Shown piece after piece: positions 10,170-19,773 of a DNA stretch of 64,000 bases. Numbering within the stretch: the stretch's first letter is position 1; each line of letters opens with the position of its first letter. The notes beneath the pieces were generated by a model. It saw only the letters and a program-made list of their open reading frames with translations. It ran no database searches and was not told the DNA's origin. Made by a program: the position numbers and the translations under genes. The stretch lies in the NCBI GenBank assembly GCA_963696385.1, contig CAVOKF010000008.1:224001-288000 (forward strand), in the 5' to 3' direction. Source of the stretch: an uncultured delta proteobacterium. GTDB lineage: Bacteria > Myxococcota_A > Polyangia > Polyangiales > Polyangiaceae.

Positions 10170-12548
10170 TCAATTTCCCGCCGGCTGCGCGGGATCGAGG
10201 CCATCGTCCCGGACTTCTTTGAGCTCCTCGTCGAGCACCTGTTCTTGCCGCGCGCGCTCGGTCTGCAAGGTACGGACACGGTCCAGCTCTTCTTCGCGGA
10301 CCTCCCAGGCTTCCTCGGTGACGCCGACGTCGGCGCGCAAAACGATTCCGCGCAGCCGATCGCGCACGATGCCGAAGTTGCGCTGAGCGACGTGGCCCAC
10401 CAGATCGCGCGCGTCGTTGTCCAGCGCATCCAGCTGTTGGCGGTAGCCGGCCAAGCTCGCCTGTTCGGCCACGATGCGACGCCCGAGATCGGCGGAACGA
10501 GCCGCCACCTGCCCTTCGAGATCTTGAATGATCGCGACCAACGAGGTCTCGTAGTCGCGCAGCTGCTGCAGAAGCGGTGCGCCCTGGCGTGCGAACGACT
10601 CGACCGAACCGCCGGCCGCGCCCGACGAAGCCAGCTGAACCTCGCGATCCACCAGATCGCGAAATTCGTTGCGGACGACGGCATCGTTCTGGTAGCGGGC
10701 GTCGCCCAGACCGATCTCCGCCCGGCCCGTCTCCACTTGGCGACGCAGATCGACGATCCCCTCGCGGTAGCGTTGGATGTCGCGCTCGTTGGCGTCGAGT
10801 TCGGCCTGGAAGCGCTGCACGGTGGCCGGCTCCCTCGCGACGCCCTGCTGGGGGCCGTCCGCGATCAAGCGACGCAACCCGTTGATGGAGGCCTGCAGCG
10901 CGTCGACTTCGTACGATCGACGCGAAAGCTCCTGCGAGAGATCGTTCCACAGGGTGACCCCCTGCTGATCGCGACGGTCGAAATCGCCCGCCGAGACGGG
11001 CAACGCCGCGATCGATGCCATGAGCGCGCGGCGGCGCTGCCGGACGCCGGCGATCTCGCCGCTCAAATCCGACGGCTCTTCGCCGTCGAGCTCGCGGGCG
11101 ATGGCGAGACGGCCCAACGAGAGCCGGTTCAAGACTCCGAGGGCCGCGCGCTCTCCGGCCTCGAGATCGGGGAACGCTCGAACGCGCGTCGACGCCTGAG
11201 TCAGCGACAACAGCCGATCGACCAGTTCGCTCGATTGCCGAATGAGCACACGGCACTCGTGCACGTCGTCGATGACGGCGAACGCCAGCGGGCCGTCTTC
11301 GGCCTCGCGCGCCCACCGAATGGCAATCGGCGGAAGGCGCTCGTTTTGATCGAGCACGTCGAGCTGCTGCTGGCTAAGCTTGTCGTAGTAAACGGACACG
11401 TCTGCCGTCGAACCGAGAAACGAGTCGACGGCCGAACGCATGGGCTCGTATTGCGTGCGTACGCTTTCGTAGAGCTTCAAGGCCCGGTCGAATGCGCCGG
11501 TCCGAAGCAGGAGATCGGCGCGAAGCAGCGTCCCGTCCGCGATGTACGGGCTGTCCGGATCGCTCACCATGAGCACTTCGAGCGTGCGCTCGGCCCGTTG
11601 CACGTCGCCGAGTCGCACGTACACCCAGGCGAGCTCGTAGAGCATCGTATCGAATTCGGGGCTCTCGCGGCTCACTGTGCCGTAGGCCTCGCTCGCCTGC
11701 TGGTACTGCTCCATCTCGTAGAAGAGCCGGCCGATGGCCAGGAACGCCAAGTCGATGACGTGCTTGTGCTCGGGCGAGTCGGGCGGCAGCTCGGTCACGG
11801 CGCGGAAGGCTTCGATCGCCGGCCTGTAGTTTGCGCCCGTCGCAGACCTCTTGGCGTCGGACACGACCTCGGCGCGGGCCGCCTTCATGGCGATAAGGCC
11901 CTCGAAGTAGCGCGCTTGGTGCACGTAGGGCGTCCCCCGAGCGACCTGCGCAAAGAAGCTTCCGGCTTCGCTCCACGAGCCCCGGCGGTAATACGCCTTG
12001 CCCTTCGCGTAGAGCAGGCCCGCGTCGATCTGCGCCGCAGGCACCTGGTTGAACCGGTCGAACAGGGGCGCGAGGGTCTCGGGCGGATCATCGAGCCGGA
12101 GCGAGACGTCCACGAGCCGGGAAAGCGCTCGGCCAAAGTAGGAGTCGAAGCGCGGCTCGCTTCCGCGATCGACCAGCGCGCGATAATCGCGCCGGGCCGA
12201 CAGGTAGTCGTGCATCGCGTAATAGGTCTCGCCGAGCAGCCAGAGCGCGTCCGGGTAACTCGGGGTGTTGGCGTACTGTTCGAGGATCTCGCTCAACAGC
12301 ACGGACGCGCGGTTGTAGTCGCCCATGCGGTAGAGCAATTCTCCGTTGGCCACTCGCTGCTCGGGTGTCTGCCGATCCGTGGCGCCCACGCGGACCGCCG
12401 AACGCACGCCGGGCAGGTTTTGCGCCGCATAGGCCAAGGCCCCCTGCGCGGCCGTAACGGCCTCTTCGGGGCTGGCCCATGTAGCGATCGAAAGGGCCGA
12501 CACGAAGGCCGCACAGCAGGCCGCCGTGCCGAGGGCCAATCGTCTCAC
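10170..12548 (-). CDS. Secreted TPR/coiled-coil protein (GltC-like position)
   Basis: GTG start overlapping the upstream stop (GTGA 12545-12548), signal peptide, TPR motifs (LAIGRLFYE, MLYELAWVY), C-terminal coiled coil. Confidence 0.8.
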   Translation of the reverse strand: MRRLALGTAACCAAFVSALSIATWASPEEAVTAAQGALAYAAQNLPGVRSAVRVGATDRQTPEQRVANGELLYRMGDYNRASVLLSEILEQYANTPSYPDALWLLGETYYAMHDYLSARRDYRALVDRGSEPRFDSYFGRALSRLVDVSLRLDDPPETLAPLFDRFNQVPAAQIDAGLLYAKGKAYYRRGSWSEAGSFFAQVARGTPYVHQARYFEGLIAMKAARAEVVSDAKRSATGANYRPAIEAFRAVTELPPDSPEHKHVIDLAFLAIGRLFYEMEQYQQASEAYGTVSRESPEFDTMLYELAWVYVRLGDVQRAERTLEVLMVSDPDSPYIADGTLLRADLLLRTGAFDRALKLYESVRTQYEPMRSAVDSFLGSTADVSVYYDKLSQQQLDVLDQNERLPPIAIRWAREAEDGPLAFAVIDDVHECRVLIRQSSELVDRLLSLTQASTRVRAFPDLEAGERAALGVLNRLSLGRLAIARELDGEEPSDLSGEIAGVRQRRRALMASIAALPVSAGDFDRRDQQGVTLWNDLSQELSRRSYEVDALQASINGLRRLIADGPQQGVAREPATVQRFQAELDANERDIQRYREGIVDLRRQVETGRAEIGLGDARYQNDAVVRNEFRDLVDREVQLASSGAAGGSVESFARQGAPLLQQLRDYETSLVAIIQDLEGQVAARSADLGRRIVAEQASLAGYRQQLDALDNDARDLVGHVAQRNFGIVRDRLRGIVLRADVGVTEEAWEVREEELDRVRTLQTERARQEQVLDEELKEVRDDGLDPAQPAGN

Positions 12549-13390
12549 TTCGGGCCTCCGCCTGCCGGCGAACCCGCCGGCGGAGCCGCTTCGGCCGGAG
12601 CCAGCGGCTGAATCTTCTCCTGCCACTGAATGGTCGGCCGCTCCTCGAGCGGCGTGGTGACGCCGCCCTTTTCGTACGCCGTGGCCGTCACGATCAGAGC
12701 CTTGCCCTCGGTGGCTGTGAAGGCATGGCTCGACTTGACCTCGAACTTGTATCCGCGAAGGTACGAAAATACGCCGTAGCCGTTGCCCTGAAACGTCAAA
12801 ACGAGCTGGATCGTATGATCGCCCGGCGGCATCGATCCGCTGAAGATTGGAATGTCCTTTTGGTCGCTCAGCGCGCCCGAATCGTCTTGGCGGTTGTACT
12901 GAATCTGCCCATCCACGACGAACAGGGCTCGCGTCAAGAGGAACGCGCTCGACATCTGGTCCTCAAAGTTCACTTCGGCGCGAGACCCCGCGGCGCCACC
13001 CCCCAAAATGGTGTCGCTCAGCAGCGCCAAGCGCGTGTGACTTCGGCGGACCTGGTCTTTTAGCTCGTCGACCCGCTGTTCGAGATCGCGCAGACGCACC
13101 GAGTAAGTCCCGCCGTTCATGGCTTGGTCCGTCGGCGGCTTGGCCGTCATATCCACACTGACCGCGCCGGGTGGTGCGACCGCCACGGTCGGGTTCGAGG
13201 CGCCGGAGGCGTCCGACGCGGTCGGAGCCGGACTGGCGGAAGGGGCCGCGACCGGCGACCCCGCGGAAGCGCTGGCACCGGCACTGGCACCCGCATCCGG
13301 CGCAACGGTCTTCGCTGGCGCACCGGCCGCCCACGAGGATCCGGCAAGCGGAAGAAAAAGGGCCAAGACCATCATCACTCGACGTCGCAT
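12545..13390 (-). CDS. Secreted coiled-coil plus beta-sandwich protein, first gene of the Glt-like operon
   Basis: 281-aa ORF, signal peptide, Ala/Pro linker, LRDLEQRVDELKDQV coil, GNGYGVFSYLRGYKF motif, translationally coupled to the next gene. Confidence 0.8.
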   Translation of the reverse strand: MRRRVMMVLALFLPLAGSSWAAGAPAKTVAPDAGASAGASASAGSPVAAPSASPAPTASDASGASNPTVAVAPPGAVSVDMTAKPPTDQAMNGGTYSVRLRDLEQRVDELKDQVRRSHTRLALLSDTILGGGAAGSRAEVNFEDQMSSAFLLTRALFVVDGQIQYNRQDDSGALSDQKDIPIFSGSMPPGDHTIQLVLTFQGNGYGVFSYLRGYKFEVKSSHAFTATEGKALIVTATAYEKGGVTTPLEERPTIQWQEKIQPLAPAEAAPPAGSPAGGGPK

Positions 13391-13664
13391 GCGACACTGT
13401 CCCTTCCATCAAAGCGTGGGATTCGCCCGACAACCGTCGGGCACGCCACACGTTCGTCTACTCGGCCGCCCAGGAGCGTGGCGCGTTGCAGTCTATGTTC
13501 GTACGTGCGCAGTTGGCAACAACACCCTTCGAACGATGGGCGACTGGAAGTCCGCGGGCGGGATGAGCGAAAATCGGCATCGTGGCCGCACGTCCGACCG
13601 CTGTCGCTCCCTTCGCAGCCCACGCGGCGCGTGGCCTCGGTCCCCACTGGTCGTTCGATGCCCC

Positions 13665-13820
13665 CAATCCACCCTCCGTCAGCGCGGGCTGCCCCTTCGA
13701 GGCGATCGTGCGCGGCGCCAATCTACCTGAAATGCGGTCAAAAGTCGGATGCGCTATGCAATCGACCGGCTGCGACGATCGCTCGACGCATTCGCGGAGT
13801 CCGCGAGCGCACTATGCTGA
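13665..13820 (+). pseudogene. Remnant of an ECF sigma factor (region 4 only, two frameshifts)
   Basis: Joined frames read GLP/FEAIVRGANLPE/AVKSRMRYAIDRLRRSLDAFAESASALC* (TGA 13818-13820), matching the ECF region-4.2 pattern GLxFxEIA....PENTVKSRMRYA. Lies 12 nt before a ZAS anti-sigma gene. Confidence 0.65.
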
Positions 13821-13832
13821 GGCTGCTTACGG

Positions 13833-14855
13833 ATGATGGACTGCGAGGAATTCGAAGCCGCGATGAGGGCTGCGGTCGACGGCGAGCTCGACGAAGCGAC
13901 GAGCTCCGCCATGAGCCGGCACGCGTCGGGTTGCCCGCGCTGTGCGACCGCGCTCGGCCGCCCGGGCGAGACACGACCGGCTTCGTCCGCGCCGTTATCG
14001 GCCGACCCTTTGCCGAATCCCGAGCGACGCATCCTCCAAGCTGCCCTCGCCCAAGCGGCCCTGGCGACTGGTTCGGGCGCCAAACGAACCGCTTCGCTGC
14101 CCTTTGGAGGGCGCCTCGCGGTGGCCGTCTCGGTTGCGGGCAATTGGGCCATGCGACCGCAGACGGCGATGGCCGCCCTTTTTCTGGTGATGATTGCCAC
14201 GAGTGTGCTGCTGCTTCGGGGCAAGTCGTCGCGCGCCCCGGCAAGCGCCGAGATTACGGTGACCGAAGAAGGAACTCCGGCGCCTACGACTCCCGCTGGC
14301 GCGGCCCGTTCATCCACCCTGCCGGCAGCACCGCCGGATCCCTCGGCGTCGACCCAGCCCAACCCGCGCGACTCCGACGGCCGATCGGGTGCCCCGGCGG
14401 CCGTCCCGATCGTCACCCGTTCCCTGGACGACGTCGACCCTCGGCCGCCCGCGAAGCCGTCGGGATCGGGTCGAGATCACCCGGCGGGCACGACAGCCTT
14501 CGATGAGGCTCTCGGCGCCTACCAAGCCGGCCACTTCGACGAAGCACGTCGCGCCTTCGACGCGTTGCCCTCGACCAACGCCAACGCGAAGTTGTGGGCG
14601 GCGCGTTCTTTGCGCGAGGGGCGAGGATGCGAAGCGTCGGTCTCGCGCTTCGACGACGTCGCGCGGGTCGCTCCCAACACGCCGGCAGGGTGGAACGCCC
14701 TGGTCGAAGGGGCGCGCTGTTACGAGTCCCTCGGCGACACGGCGAGCGCTCGCGCCCGGCTCGACAAGCTCGCGGGGATCGCGTCGTTCAAGGATCTCGC
14801 GCGGGCGGAGCTCGACCGTATCGCGCACGGGCAAAATGGCCCGGAAGGGCGGTGA
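13833..14855 (+). CDS. Zinc-binding (zf-HC2/ZAS) membrane anti-sigma factor with C-terminal TPR-like domain
   Basis: MDCEEFE...GELD...HASGCPRC (HxxxCxxC), TM helix (AMAALFLVMIATSVLLL), periplasmic TPR-like helices. Confidence 0.85.
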   Translation: MMDCEEFEAAMRAAVDGELDEATSSAMSRHASGCPRCATALGRPGETRPASSAPLSADPLPNPERRILQAALAQAALATGSGAKRTASLPFGGRLAVAVSVAGNWAMRPQTAMAALFLVMIATSVLLLRGKSSRAPASAEITVTEEGTPAPTTPAGAARSSTLPAAPPDPSASTQPNPRDSDGRSGAPAAVPIVTRSLDDVDPRPPAKPSGSGRDHPAGTTAFDEALGAYQAGHFDEARRAFDALPSTNANAKLWAARSLREGRGCEASVSRFDDVARVAPNTPAGWNALVEGARCYESLGDTASARARLDKLAGIASFKDLARAELDRIAHGQNGPEGR

Positions 14856-14888
14856 CAGGGGTGTTCGAGAGCCTGCTGCGTGCTCGTT

Positions 14889-15416
14889 CCTGCTGGGGTG
14901 CTCGAGGGGAGCGGCATTCGCTCCCCTCGACGTGTCGCTGGTGCCGGTTCGGCGAGAGCGGAGCCGAGCGAGCGTAGCGAGTCGAGGCGGAGCGAACGCT
15001 CAGGGTGAACGGGGCGGTCGTTCCTGCTGGGGTGCTCGAGGGGAGCGGCCTTCGCTCCCCTCGACGTGTCGCTGGTGCCGGTTCGGCGAGAGCGGAGCCG
15101 AGCGAGCGTAGCGAGTCGAGGCGGAGCGAACGCTCAGGGTGAACGGGGCGGTCGTTCCTGCTGGGGTGCTCGAGGGGAGCGGCCTTCGCTCCCCTCGACG
15201 TGTCGCTGGTGCCGGTTCGGCGAGAGCGGAGCCGAGCGAGCGTAGCGAGTCGAGGCGGAGCGAACGCTCAGGGTGAACGGGGCGGTCGTTCCTGCTGGGG
15301 TGCTCGAGGGGAGCGGCATTCGCTCCCCTCGACGTGTCGCTGGTGCCGGTTCGGCGAGAGCGGAGCCGAGCGAGCGTAGCGAGTCGAGGCGGAGCGAACG
15401 CTCAGGGTGAACGGGG
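14889..15416 (+). repeat. Tandem array of 4 copies (134-bp period) of the 119-bp hairpin element
   Basis: Copies start at 14889, 15023, 15157 and 15291 (CCTGCTGGGGTGCTCGAGGGGAGCG...GAACGCTCAGGGTG), joined by identical 15-bp linkers AACGGGGCGGTCGTT. Confidence 0.97.
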
Positions 15417-15422
15417 TATCGC

Positions 15423-15854
15423 TCAAGACGGCTCGCGCACGTAGGCGATCGTGCGTATCACCTCGACCAGGCGCTCGCGATTGTCGGGACGAAGATCGAC
15501 AAATCGCACCCCCATCCCAGGATTCGGATTGTCGCCGTTGGGTCGGAGCGCGTTGATCCAAGCGACCTCGCCCTGCAGCTTGAAGGGCGGGTACCCCGGT
15601 GGCGCAAACGCCAGCATCAAGCGCGTCCCGATCGCCAGCGGATCGGTGGTCTTCACGAAGATGCCCATAGCGCTGATGTTCGTGATGGCCGCGTAGAGGA
15701 ACGTGTCGTCCGCGATGCAGTCGACGGCCCACTCGACGTCGAAGCGATCGTGGACTCGGCGTTCGTCGCGTCTCGACGGCGACTCCTCGTCGGCGTCGTC
15801 GAGACGGGATGCGGACAGTGCCGCAGCCTTGAAATCCTTATTGATCGTCGCCAT
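15423..15854 (-). CDS. PilZ-domain protein (myxobacterial TIGR02266 type)
   Basis: ERRVHDR (RxxxR) and NISAMG (D/NxSxxG) c-di-GMP motifs, GMGVRF C-terminus. Confidence 0.92.
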   Translation of the reverse strand: MATINKDFKAAALSASRLDDADEESPSRRDERRVHDRFDVEWAVDCIADDTFLYAAITNISAMGIFVKTTDPLAIGTRLMLAFAPPGYPPFKLQGEVAWINALRPNGDNPNPGMGVRFVDLRPDNRERLVEVIRTIAYVREPS

Positions 15855-15911
15855 CGTCGCCCTCCCGTGTCCGAACGGGCCATCGGCCCACCATGCCGCG
15901 CGGCGAGCCCA

Positions 15912-18728
15912 CTACTGCACCCGCAGCGGACCGCCGTTGATCCGGTTGTCACCGTCATTCGGGCCGCCCACAACCTTGAGGCGCGTATCGCCCGTGAACA
16001 AGCCAAAATAAATCGTGTACGTGCCGGGTGTGAAGTTCGGCTCGAGCTTGAACTCGTGATCGTCGAGCAGAAGATCACCGGGCAGCCACAGCGCCATGGG
16101 GTACTTGCCGTTCATCGGCTTGTGATCCCCGTTGTGGCGACGCTTGTAACCGTCGATATGGATGAATGCCTCCCACTCCGTCGTCACCGGGGCCAGCACC
16201 CGATAGTACGTCTTGAAGTGATACGAGCGGCCGGGGCTCACCGCATCGACCATGCGGCCGCGCTCGTCGAGCAGGTCGAACCCCACCACTTCGAGCTTGT
16301 CATCCATGTTCGCGCCGAGCTTTCGCTGCGGGTGCGGCGGGGCGGAAAGAACGATCTCCGAAAGCGGGTTTTCGTTCTTGTCGCCGGCGCCAAGGGACGA
16401 GGCGGCCAGCAGAATCTGGCTCGATCGCGTATCGAGAACCGGCAAATTGGTCCGCGGTTCGCTCCGCTCTCTCCAGAGCTGGTTGAGCTTGGGAAGCTCG
16501 TCGGCCTTCAAAGCCAGGCAGCGCCGCTGACCGTGCCCCGCCACCAGCCACTGAAGCGCGCCGGTCGGATCGTTCACGACTTGCGGCTGGCCTCCGGCGT
16601 AATAGGCGGACGTGCGACCCCCCACGCCGAGCAACGCAAGCGGGGCGTCCGGACACAGATGCCGGTAGCTCTCGAACACTTCTTTCGGCGAGAGCTGATT
16701 CGCGAGTGCCGGATAGTACGAAAAACAAAGGACGAATCCGACGACGGCACCCCCGAGCGCCAGGCCGGGCGCTCGATGGCGCAACCAATCGCCCACGACT
16801 CCCATGGCCAAGAAAAACGCGATGCCCGACGGAACGGCGATGAGCGACGCGACCGGCAGTCGTACGTCGGCCGCCAAAGCGGCCGTGAGCGAGATGATCG
16901 GAATGGCGAGCAGCAACAGCGGCGCCACGACGACGAGCGCGACCCACCAGTCTTCGGACTCCACCGGCACTTTTGCATCCGGAGGGCGCAGCCGCCCGAA
17001 AAGCTCTTCGAACGGCTCGAAGCCGCGCGTGAACGAAGCGCTCGACAGCGGACGGGACCGCCCGAACGTCCAAAGCCAGATATCGCACGCAAACACGAGA
17101 CCGAACGCGACGCCGAGCGGAACGAATGCCACGACCCACCACGCATTGAGCATCAAGTCCCGGATCGTCGACGACATCTGCGGCAGCCAATGCCCGTGCG
17201 TCCGAGCCGCCAGAAACACGAGCAGCGCAGCCAGAGAAAAACCGGCGACGGCCGCGAGATACGCGAGAGCCAGCCCACCGTCATACATCGCCTGCAGCGA
17301 AGTCAGGACCCTGCGGTAGTTGCCGGGATCGAACGGGACGCGGTCGGACGCCCGTTCCGCCCAGGTCAAGAAGGCGCACAGTGCGAAGCCGCCCAACACG
17401 ATCCACCAGAAATTCAACGCGGTGTTCTTGAATCCCTCCGGAAACACAGCGCTCGCAATTCCGAACGCCTCGTACGCCTTCTCGGGCAGCTCGTGAAAGT
17501 CGTGGTGCAAGACCCCCGCGAGCACCAACGTCCCCAAGCCGACAGCGACCGAGGACGGCGCGCCACGCTCGAAGTCGCGAATCGCGATGGCGCAGGCGAC
17601 GGCACAAAGGACGGTGCCGTCGAAGGCGATGACGTCGGTCGAGGCGACCAGGTACGCATGCGAAACGAATGCCACCGCGGCCCCGACGAGCACGGCGAGG
17701 CGACCGAGACTCTCGCGCTCGATCGTCCGGGGCGATGCGTGGGGCAGCGCCGGGGTCAAGAGCAGCCGGCCAAACGCGAACGGCACGAAGGCGCTCCACG
17801 GCGCGAGCGCGTGGCCGATCGCAGCGACGTAATAGTCGAACGTCGGGTACTTGGTCGGGACGTGAATCATGGCGCCAATCCACGGGTCGAGATCCTTGCC
17901 GGAGATCGCCACGGACCGGAGCGTCATCGCGGCGGCGAGCGCCCCCGCCACGAGCGACGCCCCGCCCACCGCGTCGCCCACGAAGTCGGGCCGCCGGTGC
18001 CCGACCGATACCCGCGACACGGCCCACGCGAGCCCGATACTCAAGAGCGGCACCCCGAGTCCGAGAAGCCCGCCGCGGCTTTCGAACCCTGATGCGAGCC
18101 CGACCGCCGCCATGGCCAACCACGGAATGCGCTTTACGAAGGGGGTGGGCCAGAGGCCCGGCTCCGTGTCTTGCCCGTCATCCTTCGACTCGCGATCGAA
18201 CGCCGCGACGGCGAGCCCACCGAACGCCATCGCGAGCGACGCCAGCGTGCAGATGTCGCCCAACATCGAACGAGCCTGCACGAAGTACAGCGGCATCGTG
18301 GACAAGACGACGGCCGCGTAGACACCCGCCTTGCGATCGAACAGGCGCGCAACGAAGGCATACGTCGCCACGACGCCGAGCAAGCCCCAGACGGCCAACG
18401 GCAGTCGCCCCGCCCATTCGTGCAGTCCAAAGAGCTTGAAGCCGAGGGCAATGGACGAAAACGGCAGCTGCGGTCGCCCGAGATCGTTCAAGTGAGGCAA
18501 TGAATTGTCTGCGCCGTCGAGCGCCAGATGGCCGGCACCGTACAGGTTGAGCGCTATGCGGCGAGACAGATCCGCGACGTTGAGCTCGTACGGGTCCCAG
18601 AGCCCGCTCTTGCTGAGCGGCGGGAGCACGAAGAAGAGCAACGTCGGAACGCCGACCGCGACCGCAAGGGGTCCCCAGCGCGAGCGCAGGTCGGCGCCGG
18701 AAGAGCCAGAAGAGGGATGGTCGCTCAT
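15912..18728 (-). CDS. Large ArnT/PMT-family (GT-C fold) membrane glycosyltransferase with C-terminal extracytoplasmic domains
   Basis: GLWDPYE motif, LFGLHEWAGRLP, multiple TM helices, C-terminal soluble domain (WLPGDLLLDDH...PGTYTIYFGLF). Start taken at MSDHP. Confidence 0.85.
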   Translation of the reverse strand: MSDHPSSGSSGADLRSRWGPLAVAVGVPTLLFFVLPPLSKSGLWDPYELNVADLSRRIALNLYGAGHLALDGADNSLPHLNDLGRPQLPFSSIALGFKLFGLHEWAGRLPLAVWGLLGVVATYAFVARLFDRKAGVYAAVVLSTMPLYFVQARSMLGDICTLASLAMAFGGLAVAAFDRESKDDGQDTEPGLWPTPFVKRIPWLAMAAVGLASGFESRGGLLGLGVPLLSIGLAWAVSRVSVGHRRPDFVGDAVGGASLVAGALAAAMTLRSVAISGKDLDPWIGAMIHVPTKYPTFDYYVAAIGHALAPWSAFVPFAFGRLLLTPALPHASPRTIERESLGRLAVLVGAAVAFVSHAYLVASTDVIAFDGTVLCAVACAIAIRDFERGAPSSVAVGLGTLVLAGVLHHDFHELPEKAYEAFGIASAVFPEGFKNTALNFWWIVLGGFALCAFLTWAERASDRVPFDPGNYRRVLTSLQAMYDGGLALAYLAAVAGFSLAALLVFLAARTHGHWLPQMSSTIRDLMLNAWWVVAFVPLGVAFGLVFACDIWLWTFGRSRPLSSASFTRGFEPFEELFGRLRPPDAKVPVESEDWWVALVVVAPLLLLAIPIISLTAALAADVRLPVASLIAVPSGIAFFLAMGVVGDWLRHRAPGLALGGAVVGFVLCFSYYPALANQLSPKEVFESYRHLCPDAPLALLGVGGRTSAYYAGGQPQVVNDPTGALQWLVAGHGQRRCLALKADELPKLNQLWRERSEPRTNLPVLDTRSSQILLAASSLGAGDKNENPLSEIVLSAPPHPQRKLGANMDDKLEVVGFDLLDERGRMVDAVSPGRSYHFKTYYRVLAPVTTEWEAFIHIDGYKRRHNGDHKPMNGKYPMALWLPGDLLLDDHEFKLEPNFTPGTYTIYFGLFTGDTRLKVVGGPNDGDNRINGGPLRVQ

Positions 18729-18840
18729 ACGAATCGCGTCGAACCGGGGTCGCAAAACATTTTTCCCCGAGTACGGCGCCGACACTACTTCCAACGTCCG
18801 GCGCCGCGCAACCAGCGCATGCTAGGTACGCGTTCGCCGC

Positions 18841-19773
18841 ATGATTCCGACCCCGTCGTCGCCCGTCGCATCGCGCGCCGGGCATGTCGCGCTCGTGGGC
18901 CGCCCCAACGTGGGGAAAAGCTCCCTTCTCAATGCGCTCATCGGCGAGCCCATCGCCATCACGAGCCCCCACCCGCAGACGACCCGGGACACGGTTCGTG
19001 GCGTCCTCACCCGCCCCGACACGCAGTACGTGATCCTGGACACGCCAGGATTGCACGCCCCGAGAACGAAACTCGGCCGCTACATGAACGAGGCAGCGCG
19101 CTCCGCGGCGAGCCACGCCGACGCCGTCGTCCTGCTGATCGAGGCGCCCGGCGCCGGTGAGCCGGTGCCACGAGCTGCCGACCTGGCCCTCGCGTCGGAG
19201 ACGGCCACTCGCCGCGGCACGATTCTGGCGATTACCAAGATCGATCGACTGCACGCCAAAGAACTTCTGCTGCCCTTCGTGGCCGCTTTCGCGGACCGGT
19301 GCCGGTTCGATGCCGTGGTGCCGATCAGCGCGAAGCGGGGCGATGGCATCGCGGCGTTGCTCGACGAGGTGCGCGGGTTCTTGCCGGAGCAAGCGTTCCT
19401 GTTCGATGCCGAGACGCTCTCGGACCAGCCGGTGCGGTTTTTCGTCGCCGAGTTCGTCCGCGAGCAGGTGCTGAGGCACGTCCGCCAGGAGGTCCCTCAC
19501 GGCGTCGCCGTGGTCGTCGAGCGCTTCGACGAAACCGCGCCCATCGCTCAGATCGAGGTCGCCGTGCACGTGACACGCGAAGCGCACAAGAAAATCCTCG
19601 TCGGAGCGAAGGGGCAAATGATGAAGAGCATCGGGACCGCCGCGCGGGCTCGCATCGAGGCGATGCTGTCGCGCCGAGTCCACTTGAGACTGTGGGTGCG
19701 CACGACGGCGGGCTGGATGGACGACGACGCGAAAATGCGCGACCTCGGCTACGGCGAAGGGATCCACTCGTGA
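18841..19773 (+). CDS. era: GTPase Era
   Basis: GRPNVGKS, QTTR, DTPG, TKID, C-terminal KH domain (ILVGAKGQMMKSIG...LWVR). Confidence 0.97.
   Translation: MIPTPSSPVASRAGHVALVGRPNVGKSSLLNALIGEPIAITSPHPQTTRDTVRGVLTRPDTQYVILDTPGLHAPRTKLGRYMNEAARSAASHADAVVLLIEAPGAGEPVPRAADLALASETATRRGTILAITKIDRLHAKELLLPFVAAFADRCRFDAVVPISAKRGDGIAALLDEVRGFLPEQAFLFDAETLSDQPVRFFVAEFVREQVLRHVRQEVPHGVAVVVERFDETAPIAQIEVAVHVTREAHKKILVGAKGQMMKSIGTAARARIEAMLSRRVHLRLWVRTTAGWMDDDAKMRDLGYGEGIHS

Noticed and set aside
10144..11316. N-terminal 390 aa of the 1848-aa ORF (5770..11316)
   Set aside because: Arg-rich off-frame read-through overlapping the real TPR gene at 10170-12548. The signal peptide begins near 10143.
6043..12611. 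Very long plus-strand ORFs (1447 aa, 899 aa) and similar antisense ORFs across the window (e.g. 22900-25458, 38005-40404, 47286-50156, 50489-52924, 60598-62910)
   Set aside because: Shadow or off-frame ORFs caused by high GC3 in genuine genes, with no recognisable motifs.
14889..15416. Possible CRISPR array
   Set aside because: Units are 119 bp with identical 15-bp linkers, so there are no unique spacers, and no cas genes are in the window.
19299..19769. N-terminal extension of Der
   Set aside because: Off-frame overlap with era. The GTG at 19770 coupled to the era stop gives a normal-length Der.
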